Part shown: positions 17,705 through 25,959 of the stretch, in pieces
How the letters are laid out: every line of letters starts with the position of its first letter
Position numbering within the stretch: the first letter of the stretch is position 1
Source: a virus
Taxonomy: Duplodnaviria > Caudoviricetes
DNA length: 29,552 nt
Reading direction: 5' to 3' (one strand)
Virus record (IMG/VR): IMGVR_UViG_3300047564_002095
Span: 1 to 29,552 of that record
Made by a program: the position numbers and the translations under genes
The notes under the pieces: generated by a model
What the model was told of the DNA's origin: nothing
Database searches by the model: none
The model's input: only the letters and a program-made list of their open reading frames with translations

Positions 17705-19267
17705 ATGCCAGATAAAATTTTATTAAAACGTAGTCTGACAACTGGAAGTGTTCCAACTACTTCATCACTTGATGTAGGGGAACTTGCTATCAACGTAGCA
17801 GACGGCAGACTATTTTTTAAACAATCGGGTAGTGGTACCGAGGGAATTAAGGAATCACTGATACTTGATACACCAATATCTGGTAACATTTTACTTACTG
17901 GAAGTATCTATGGAACAGTAATTGGTAGTAGTAGTTTCGCAACGTCAGCATCATTCGCAACAACAGCAAGTTATGCATTAACCGCAGCATCTGGAGCACA
18001 AGGTAGTCAAGGTCCACAAGGCAATCAGGGTCCATCTGGAGTACAAGGTGACCAAGGACCAGCTGGACCGCAAGGTAACCAAGGTGTTACGGGAGCACAA
18101 GGTAATCAAGGACCAATCGGACAGCAAGGTAATCAAGGTCCAGTAGGGCCACAAGGTAACCAAGGATTAAGTGGCGCTCAAGGTAACCAGGGGCCACAAG
18201 GCAACCAAGGTCCAGTAGGACCGCAAGGTGATACTGGAGCACAAGGCAACCAAGGTCCGACAGGATCTCAAGGTAATCAAGGTCCGGTAGGACCGCAAGG
18301 TGACCAAGGTATTGATGGTCCTCAAGGAAATCAAGGGCCAATTGGTCCTCAAGGAGATATTGGACCACAAGGTAATCAAGGTCAGACAGGTGTACAGGGC
18401 AATCAAGGGCCAACTGGCGCACAAGGTAATCAGGGCAATCAAGGTCCAATAGGTCCGCAAGGTGATACTGGAGCACAGGGCAATCAAGGGTTTGATGGAC
18501 CTCAAGGTAACCAAGGACCAACTGGCCCTCAAGGAAATCAAGGGCCAATAGGTGCACAAGGTGACCAAGGAAATCAAGGATTAACAGGTCCACAAGGAAA
18601 TCAAGGGCCTACAGGCGTACAAGGTGACCAAGGATTGACTGGCGCTCAAGGTAACCAAGGACCGATTGGACCACAAGGTGACCAAGGGCTAATCGGCCCA
18701 CAAGGTGATATTGGAGCACAGGGCAATCAAGGACCAATCGGACCACAAGGTGACACTGGGGCACAAGGCAATCAGGGACCTACTGGGGCACAAGGTGCTG
18801 AAGGTAACCAAGGTCAAACCGGTGCACAAGGTAATCAAGGACCAACTGGCGCACAGGGTAATCAAGGACCAATCGGTGCTTCATTTACAATTGACTCGTA
18901 TGAATTTATTGGTGATGGTGCAACTACTAATTATGACATCGTAAAAAGTTATATTATCGATTCGTTGTTTGTATCGGTAGATGGATTATCATATAATCCA
19001 ACTGATGATTATACATTAAGTACTAATATATTGTCATTTGTTAGTGCACCGCCATCGAATTCGTCAATATTAGTTAGAGCATTTTTAGATGCCGTGTCTG
19101 GAGTAACTGGATCTGTTACTGGTTCATTTATTGGTAGCGTAGAAGCTAACGCACTTATATTACCAACATCTGCACCAGTTACACCACAAACAGGATCTGT
19201 TTATTTCGATGGGTCATTTATTTATGTGTACACTGGAACACAATACAAGAGTGCAAGTTTAGTATAA
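17705..19267 (+). CDS. collagen-repeat fibre protein
   Basis: N-terminal ILLKRSLTTGSVPTTSSLDVGELAINVADGRLF (common fibre N-terminal domain), about 99 Gly-X-Y triplets, then a C-terminal FIGDG...FVSAP beta repeat. Confidence 0.88.
   Translation: MPDKILLKRSLTTGSVPTTSSLDVGELAINVADGRLFFKQSGSGTEGIKESLILDTPISGNILLTGSIYGTVIGSSSFATSASFATTASYALTAASGAQGSQGPQGNQGPSGVQGDQGPAGPQGNQGVTGAQGNQGPIGQQGNQGPVGPQGNQGLSGAQGNQGPQGNQGPVGPQGDTGAQGNQGPTGSQGNQGPVGPQGDQGIDGPQGNQGPIGPQGDIGPQGNQGQTGVQGNQGPTGAQGNQGNQGPIGPQGDTGAQGNQGFDGPQGNQGPTGPQGNQGPIGAQGDQGNQGLTGPQGNQGPTGVQGDQGLTGAQGNQGPIGPQGDQGLIGPQGDIGAQGNQGPIGPQGDTGAQGNQGPTGAQGAEGNQGQTGAQGNQGPTGAQGNQGPIGASFTIDSYEFIGDGATTNYDIVKSYIIDSLFVSVDGLSYNPTDDYTLSTNILSFVSAPPSNSSILVRAFLDAVSGVTGSVTGSFIGSVEANALILPTSAPVTPQTGSVYFDGSFIYVYTGTQYKSASLV
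17993..18883 (+). repeat. uninterrupted collagen-like repeat, about 99 triplets
   Basis: Residues 97-393. Dominant 9-aa unit GPQ/GAQ-GNQ/GDQ-GP(T/I/V), with many caaggtaa(t/c)caagg copies. Confidence 0.95.
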
Positions 19268-19325
19268 GCAGTAAAATTTCTACCAGTTTTAATGGAATAA
19301 AATCTAAGTACGGGTTATAACTTGA

Positions 19326-19332
19326 TATTTAT
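19326..19332 (+). promoter_or_regulatory. putative late-promoter motif
   Basis: gaTATTTATgt, about 27 nt before ATG 19360. Confidence 0.5.
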
Positions 19333-19359
19333 GTATCGTACAACAAGATAGGATATTAG

Positions 19360-19962
19360 ATGCCAGCAAATCGTTTTATACCTTTATTTAATAGTCAATC
19401 TGGTGCAGTACCAACCGCAAGTGCCATGTATGATGGTGAACTTGCGATTAATATTGCCGATGGTAAACTGTATACCCGTTTTGGTAATAATATAGTTGCA
19501 CTGAACGATACATCAGGATTTGTTTCCAGTAGTGGTCAAGTTGTACAACATATTAGTAGTAGTAATATACAACCAAATTCGGTCCAATCAAATCAATTTT
19601 TATTAAATGCAGGTACAGTAACCCTTACTTTTACGGGGTCTATTAATACTGGTATATTCGGGGCAACCGAATATATTCAACCATATATTTCGACCACTCA
19701 ATACTCAGGTATGACCGTGGAATATCTCGCACAACGGCCAGGAGCATGCCGGATGGGAATTATTATGGCAGCTTGGTTAGATACCGCTAGTATTACTTTT
19801 ACGGACATTTCAACGACGGATATTGGTGATACTAGTGATATTACATTTAGATTTTTGAGTAGTTCAAATGAATTACGGTTACGTGTCAATAGTAATGGGT
19901 CAGGAAGTGGGGCTTGGACTGTACAAAGTTTGTTTAAATTATTCCCAAATCTGTCCTCTTAA
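19360..19962 (+). CDS. short fibre-associated/adaptor protein
   Basis: N-terminal VPTASAMYDGELAINIADGKLY is paralogous to the 17705 N-terminus. C-terminal R.G.IMAAW...FTDISTTDIGDTSDITF is paralogous to the 20010 C-terminus. Confidence 0.8.
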   Translation: MPANRFIPLFNSQSGAVPTASAMYDGELAINIADGKLYTRFGNNIVALNDTSGFVSSSGQVVQHISSSNIQPNSVQSNQFLLNAGTVTLTFTGSINTGIFGATEYIQPYISTTQYSGMTVEYLAQRPGACRMGIIMAAWLDTASITFTDISTTDIGDTSDITFRFLSSSNELRLRVNSNGSGSGAWTVQSLFKLFPNLSS

Positions 19963-19967
19963 AAAAC

Positions 19968-19982
19968 TATTTAATATTTATA
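19968..19982 (+). promoter_or_regulatory. putative late-promoter motif (overlapping pair)
   Basis: aacTATTTAATATTTATAta, about 27 nt before ATG 20010. Confidence 0.55.
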
Positions 19983-20009
19983 TACTGATAACCCCGTAGG
20001 GAGAACTGT

Positions 20010-22226
20010 ATGGCGAATGAATTTATTGCACGTAAAGGTCTGATAGTCCTTGCGAATGGCGCAAAGGTAACAGGCTCTTTAGGTGTTCAAGGTGATATCG
20101 ACGCGACTGGCTATAATGTCACCGCATCAAACTTACAATTATCTGGTAATGCGAACATCGATGGTAACGTCACCATCGGTGGTAATATTACCGTTGGTAA
20201 CGCAGATATCGATGTTGTAAAGTTTCTGGCGGAAGTCAGTTCATCGATTATCCCAGACGTTAATAATGCGTTTGACCTCGGGTCTGGTAGTAAATACTGG
20301 AAGGATTTGTATGTAAGTGGTACCGCATATATCGGTAGTGTTGAAGCATCAAATATCAATCTTGATAGTATTACAGTTCTCAATAACTTAACAGTTGATG
20401 GTAACACCAAGTTAGGTAACCAATCAACTGACACAGTTTCAATTACGGGTAGTGTAGTATCATCTGGTCCAATCACCGCTCCATCATTCTCCGGTTCATT
20501 CTCTGGTAGTGGTGCACAAATCACCAATATTCCAAATAGTGGACTTGACAACAGTTCAGTCACCGTTACCGCAGGCAGTGGGTTATCAGGCGGTGGTGCT
20601 GTTGCTCTCGGCAGTTCAGTTACAGTTTCCGTTGACTCTGGATCAATGCTCCCATACTACTCCTCATCCATTTTTGGAGCAGTTAGTGGTGACATATTAA
20701 TTAATAGTTCAACTGGTGTCGCTACAATTCAACCAGATTCCGTAGCATTAGGAACTGATACAACTGGTGATTATGTAGCAACCATTACCGCTGGAAGTGG
20801 TATTAATTCTACTGGTGGAAGTAGTGGAGAAGGTACAACTCACACATTAAGTGTAGACACCTCATCAGCACATTTTACTGGTGGTGTTAAACAAAAGCTT
20901 GATGCTGATAGTGTGGTCAGTAGTTCAGCACAAATTGATGTTACACAAACCACCAATTATGCTACCTTAGCAACAACTGGTTCAAATACCTTTACTGGTA
21001 TTCAAACTATTAGTAATACCACTAACAGTACAACATTTGCAGATGGCGCATTAATTGTACAAGGTGGTGTTGGTATCGCTAAGGACGTAAATATTTCTGG
21101 AAGCTTGACTGTTGATGGATTGTTGACAGTAGTGAGTATGTCAACCCAATACGTGACCTCTTCACAATACACTATTGGTGTAAGTCGAGTTATCTTAAAT
21201 GATGATGACCTAGTACGTTTCGCTGGTATCTCAGTAGTTGATTCTGGTTCTACATATGGCACTGGTTCACTCCTTTGGGATAGTTTCAATAATCGCTGGA
21301 TAGCTGAATCCGATGATGCAAATTATGAGTCAGCGACACTTATCCTTGGCCCAGCATACACCGGAACACTTGGTGATGAACCATCAATGGTTAATTATCG
21401 TGTTCCTGTTGGATTTAGCGACCATCATATTGATAATAGAGTAGAATCAAGTTCTATCCGTGTAGATTTCCCATCACGACTTACCCACATTGAAGCAGGA
21501 TTGTATGTCACTGGTGCAGTCACTTCATCAGTAGGGTTCTCTGGTGATGGTAGTCAACTTACTGGTATCGTAACTAACCTTAACCTCTCTGGTTCAGAAG
21601 GTGGTACTGGTACCATCTCACTTAAGACTCAAGCACTTACCATCAGTGGTTCTAATGGTATAGCAGTCACAGCTAACGGCCAAACCGTTACAATCAGTGG
21701 TAGTAACGCAACCACAACCAGTCGTGGTGTCGCATCCTTCAATAGTGGTAATTTCGCAGTTACCAACGGTGAAGTAACTTCAAATCCAATTAACTTCAAC
21801 GGTGCTAACATTAATCTTGGTGGTACCCACGCATTTGGTCTACAAAACATAACCCCATATGGTGCATCGACAACTGACCAAGTATCACTTCAAGGTGGAG
21901 CAATCATCGCAGGTGTACTCTTCACCACCGCAAGTAATCCTGATGTAGACTCTGGAACCGAAGTAGTTGCTTCTGTTTCAACAGGTAGTTACGACAGTGC
22001 ATTCTTCGATTACGTAGTTAAGAAGTCCACTAACTATCGTGTTGGTACCGTTATGGCAGTGTGGGATAACGCTAACAACGTAGAATACACCGATACATCA
22101 ACAAACGACTTGGGTGATACTACCGATGTTGTGTTTACCGTTGACGTTCTATCTGGTAACGCACGATTGAAGGCAACAGTCACCACCAACGATTGGGTAA
22201 TTAAGACGGCTGTTCGAGCATTGTAA
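20010..22226 (+). CDS. fibre-like virion structural protein
   Basis: Starts MANEFIARKGLIV. Motifs IIPDVNNAFDLGSGSKYWKDLY, SVALGTDTTGDYVA and GALIVQGGVGIAK. GGGAG ribosome-binding site. Confidence 0.8.
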   Translation: MANEFIARKGLIVLANGAKVTGSLGVQGDIDATGYNVTASNLQLSGNANIDGNVTIGGNITVGNADIDVVKFLAEVSSSIIPDVNNAFDLGSGSKYWKDLYVSGTAYIGSVEASNINLDSITVLNNLTVDGNTKLGNQSTDTVSITGSVVSSGPITAPSFSGSFSGSGAQITNIPNSGLDNSSVTVTAGSGLSGGGAVALGSSVTVSVDSGSMLPYYSSSIFGAVSGDILINSSTGVATIQPDSVALGTDTTGDYVATITAGSGINSTGGSSGEGTTHTLSVDTSSAHFTGGVKQKLDADSVVSSSAQIDVTQTTNYATLATTGSNTFTGIQTISNTTNSTTFADGALIVQGGVGIAKDVNISGSLTVDGLLTVVSMSTQYVTSSQYTIGVSRVILNDDDLVRFAGISVVDSGSTYGTGSLLWDSFNNRWIAESDDANYESATLILGPAYTGTLGDEPSMVNYRVPVGFSDHHIDNRVESSSIRVDFPSRLTHIEAGLYVTGAVTSSVGFSGDGSQLTGIVTNLNLSGSEGGTGTISLKTQALTISGSNGIAVTANGQTVTISGSNATTTSRGVASFNSGNFAVTNGEVTSNPINFNGANINLGGTHAFGLQNITPYGASTTDQVSLQGGAIIAGVLFTTASNPDVDSGTEVVASVSTGSYDSAFFDYVVKKSTNYRVGTVMAVWDNANNVEYTDTSTNDLGDTTDVVFTVDVLSGNARLKATVTTNDWVIKTAVRAL

Positions 22227-22248
22227 TACAGTAATAAAAGGTTATAAT
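22221..22248 (+). promoter_or_regulatory. possible sigma70-type promoter
   Basis: TTGTAA (22221-22226), 16-nt spacer, TATAAT (22243-22248), upstream of 22294. The AT-rich context makes a chance match possible. Confidence 0.3.
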
Positions 22249-22293
22249 ACAATTTGATACTACTCACCTTTGGATATGTGAAGAAGGGGAATT

Positions 22294-25200
22294 ATGGCAC
22301 ATGAATTTATAGCCAGAAAGGGCCTGATTGTCCCTTCTGGTAGCTTATTAGTTAATACTGGATCAATAAATGTAGGTGGGGCGGTCACTGCATCTTTCTT
22401 CAAAGGTGATGGTAGTAATCTAACAAACTTACCGTCAACTAACATAGCTTCGGCTATCGTTATTACAAATACATTTACTGGTGATGGTACTACCAATACA
22501 TTTAATTTAGGTAGTCAGTATATTGCCAATTCCCTTATGGTCAGTGTTGACGGTTTGTTCTATACTCCGTCCGCTGACTTCACGGTGTCTAATAGTGATA
22601 TCGTCTTTACATCCGCACCACCATCTGCTTCGGACATCACGGTTCGAGCAATGGTCAACATCGTTAGTGGTGGTGTTGGGACATATAGTGGGTCATTCAT
22701 TGGTACTGCATCTTTTGCAACCACAGCGCTCACCGCAAGTTATGTATCGGGAGCAGCAAGTGACTGGAATACATTAGCTAATAAGCCAGCAGGTATCGTA
22801 TCCAGTTCGACCCAAGTTGATTATCTCCAAATACAAAATGTTTCATCTGGTATCGTATCCAGTAGTACGCAAGTTATTGCGCTACTTCCAACGGGTACGG
22901 TATCTAGTTCTGCGCAAATCAATACAGGATCGTTTAATGGTTCATTTACTGGAAGCGTTTTAGGAACTAGTAGTTGGTCAGAAAATGCTGTTACCGCATC
23001 TTATGTAGAATATACAAATATTGGTAATAAACCAACACTAGTCTCAGCATCATCTCAAATTGATGTTACCCAAACTACCAACTATAGTACTTTAGCAACT
23101 ACTGGGTCTAACACCTTTACTGGTGTACAAACCATATCAAACACTACTGATAGTACTAACTATCTAGATGGTGCGTTGGTTGTTGCTGGTGGTGTAGGAA
23201 TCACCAAGAATGTAAATATCTCCGGCAGTCTAACAGTTACGGGATTGTTAACTGCGGTTTCAATGTCCACCCAATATGTGACTTCTTCACAATATGTGGT
23301 AGGAACAAGTCGAGTTATCTTAAATGATGATGATTTGGTACGTTTTGCTGGATTATCCATCGTTGATTCTGGTTCATCCTCACCGACTACCGCATCAATA
23401 TTGTGGGACAGTTTACAACACAGATTTATTTATGAAAACTTAAGTGGGTCTGGTTATAACAGTGCTATTATTATTGCTGGTCCAAAGAATACGGGGTCAC
23501 TTGGAAATGAACAAGAATTAACCATCGGTCGTATTCCATACGCTACCGGCGGTGACCATATTGATAATTCTCCAGCAAGAGTAGAAGGAACCACAGTTCA
23601 TTTCGATGCTAACGTATATGCAACTGGTTCAGTTGCTGCCGCAGCATTTACTGGGTCATTGTTTGGAACCAGTAGTTGGTCAAATAATGCAACTACCGCA
23701 TCATATGCAGCAAACGCAAAGTTACTAGACGGTAAAGATGTTGGTACATTTGCCACCACTGGGTCTAATAATTTTGTTGGTACACAAACACTTAGTGGAA
23801 GTATCAATTTCCAAAGTGGTAGTAGTATTAGTCCAAACTTACATGATTTAGAAATCAAACCTGGTGTAACTGGACAATTATTATTGTTTAATAGTGATTC
23901 ATCACATTATTTGTCCATCAATACAACTGGTATCACTATTACTGATTTGGATGTACTTAATGGTGTTACTGGGTCACTACACGGAACTAGTAGTTGGGCA
24001 CAAAACGCAATTAGTTCATCATATGCAGCAACAGCTTCCTATGCATTAAACGCAGGAGCTGGTGCAGGATTTCCATTTAGTGGGTCCGCAGTTATTACTG
24101 GTTCGTTATATGTTACTGGCAGTACTATCTCTGGTTCGTTTGTTGGTGACGGATCTGGTATTACTGGCATTAATGTTTCTACAGCCGTAGTCAGTGATGT
24201 ATATAAGTTTGTAGGAAATGGGTCAACACAACTCTTTGTTCTTTCTCAAAGTTATCTAGGTAACAACGTACAAGTTAGTGTTGATGGTCTAGTCTTTACC
24301 CAAGGGGTAGACTACACATACACTACCGGCTCTATTACATTTGTTGTTGCACCACCATCATCCTCAAACGTATTAGTATCTGCGCTACTTAATAGTCAAG
24401 AAAATCTTAGCGGTTCATTCTCTGGGTCATTCATCGGTGATGGTCGTGGTATAACTAATCTTCCACTAGCAATCAATATTGAAACATATAGGTTTGATGG
24501 TGATGGAAGCACGGTCAATTATGTATTAAGTCATTCATATGGACCAAACTCACTCTTCGTAACCGTAGGTGGTGTTACATTCACCAGCCCAGATGACTTT
24601 ACAATTAGTAACGACACAATAACATTTACAGAAGTTCCAGCATCTTCATCAAACATCTTAGTTCGAGCATTCCAATCGCAATCGTTCCTAGGAAGTTCGA
24701 GTTTTTCAACAACTTCATCGTATGCAATTTCTTCATCACATGCGGTCACCGCTTCCTACGCACTAAATGCTGGAGCTGGAGCAGGATTCCCATTCTCGGG
24801 CAGTGCAGTTATTACGGGTTCTCTTCTCGTATCACAAAGTGGTGTTACTATTACGGGGTCACTTGATGTTTCACAAGGTATCACGGGGTCATTATTTGGA
24901 ACCAGTAGTTGGGCAACATCGGCATCAAGTGCAATTACCGCTTCATACGCATTAGTTGCGGCAAGTGGTGGGTTCCCGTATAGTGGGTCAGCCGTTATTA
25001 CTGGTTCACTTCTAGTATCACAAAGTGGAGTTACGGTTAGTGGGTCAGTCAATGTAACGAATGGTATCACTGGGTCGTTTAGTGGGTCTGGTGCTGGATT
25101 AACTGACCTTCGTAGTTCACTTGCACTTGACACATATAGCTTTGTTGGTGATGGTACAACAATTAATTATGTATTGTCACAATCATATACACCAAATTCA

Positions 25201-25956
25201 TTATTGGTATCGGTAGAAGGTATTAACTATTCTTACATTGAAGATTTTACACTATCCAGTAATACGTTAACGTTTGTTGTTGCCCCACCAACTCAATCAA
25301 ATATATCTGTTCGAGCACTGCTCTCAGTTAGTTCTGGGTCATATATCAACTATACAGGGTCCTTCATCGGTGACGGGTATGGATTAGATAATCTCCGTGG
25401 GTCACTCGCAATAGATGAATATATATTTGTTGGTAATGGTGCTACAACCTCCTATGTCTTATCATCATCGTATGCACCACCATCACTTAATGTGACCGTG
25501 GGTGGATTACGATATGTCAGTCCAAACGATTATACGGTCACGGGTAGTACGATTAACTTCACCCAAGCACCAACTTCAGAATCACTCATTGTCTTTGATG
25601 GATTTGTCGTAGTCAGTTCTGGGTCGGTGGGAACCTTTAGTGGGTCATTCCTTGGAAACGCAACAACCGCAACATCCGCATCATTCGCAACCACCGCAAG
25701 TTTTGCAAGTAATGTTCTAAAGACGAAAGCAGGGTCAATTCCATCGGCATCATTCGGTGGCACACCATATACAGCAAGTGTGACGTTTGGTACGGCATTC
25801 GGTAATACTAATTATTCAATAGCAGTCACGGGTGAAGATGCAAGAATATTCACTGTAGAAAGTAAGACCGCAAGTGGATTCGTGGTCAATACCAATAGTA
25901 ATACGGCATTAACAGGTACCACCTATTGGACCTGTACGGCATTTGGGGAAAACTAA
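22294..25956 (+). CDS. large multi-repeat fibre/virion structural protein
   Basis: Starts MAHEFIARKGLIV. Five ~60-aa F.G(D/N)G...V.V.G....D(F/Y)T.....F...P repeats and three GFP(F/Y)[10 protein letters not shown] repeats. C-terminal VTFGTAFGNTNYSIAV...SKTASGF resembles H-type-lectin-like fibre tips. Confidence 0.85.
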   Translation: MAHEFIARKGLIVPSGSLLVNTGSINVGGAVTASFFKGDGSNLTNLPSTNIASAIVITNTFTGDGTTNTFNLGSQYIANSLMVSVDGLFYTPSADFTVSNSDIVFTSAPPSASDITVRAMVNIVSGGVGTYSGSFIGTASFATTALTASYVSGAASDWNTLANKPAGIVSSSTQVDYLQIQNVSSGIVSSSTQVIALLPTGTVSSSAQINTGSFNGSFTGSVLGTSSWSENAVTASYVEYTNIGNKPTLVSASSQIDVTQTTNYSTLATTGSNTFTGVQTISNTTDSTNYLDGALVVAGGVGITKNVNISGSLTVTGLLTAVSMSTQYVTSSQYVVGTSRVILNDDDLVRFAGLSIVDSGSSSPTTASILWDSLQHRFIYENLSGSGYNSAIIIAGPKNTGSLGNEQELTIGRIPYATGGDHIDNSPARVEGTTVHFDANVYATGSVAAAAFTGSLFGTSSWSNNATTASYAANAKLLDGKDVGTFATTGSNNFVGTQTLSGSINFQSGSSISPNLHDLEIKPGVTGQLLLFNSDSSHYLSINTTGITITDLDVLNGVTGSLHGTSSWAQNAISSSYAATASYALNAGAGAGFPFSGSAVITGSLYVTGSTISGSFVGDGSGITGINVSTAVVSDVYKFVGNGSTQLFVLSQSYLGNNVQVSVDGLVFTQGVDYTYTTGSITFVVAPPSSSNVLVSALLNSQENLSGSFSGSFIGDGRGITNLPLAINIETYRFDGDGSTVNYVLSHSYGPNSLFVTVGGVTFTSPDDFTISNDTITFTEVPASSSNILVRAFQSQSFLGSSSFSTTSSYAISSSHAVTASYALNAGAGAGFPFSGSAVITGSLLVSQSGVTITGSLDVSQGITGSLFGTSSWATSASSAITASYALVAASGGFPYSGSAVITGSLLVSQSGVTVSGSVNVTNGITGSFSGSGAGLTDLRSSLALDTYSFVGDGTTINYVLSQSYTPNSLLVSVEGINYSYIEDFTLSSNTLTFVVAPPTQSNISVRALLSVSSGSYINYTGSFIGDGYGLDNLRGSLAIDEYIFVGNGATTSYVLSSSYAPPSLNVTVGGLRYVSPNDYTVTGSTINFTQAPTSESLIVFDGFVVVSSGSVGTFSGSFLGNATTATSASFATTASFASNVLKTKAGSIPSASFGGTPYTASVTFGTAFGNTNYSIAVTGEDARIFTVESKTASGFVVNTNSNTALTGTTYWTCTAFGEN

Positions 25957-25959
25957 CCT

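Noticed and set aside
17690-17705. Readthrough of TAG fusing 16841 to 17705
   Set aside because: The TAG is immediately followed by an in-frame TGA.
17993-18883. Periodic DNA repeats resembling a CRISPR array
   Set aside because: The period is 9/27 nt in frame with Gly-X-Y coding. There are no unique spacers and no cas genes.
19268-19359. tRNA or structured ncRNA in the 92-nt gap
   Set aside because: Only a short GTTATAAC palindrome and the TATTTAT motif are present. No cloverleaf or T-loop consensus.
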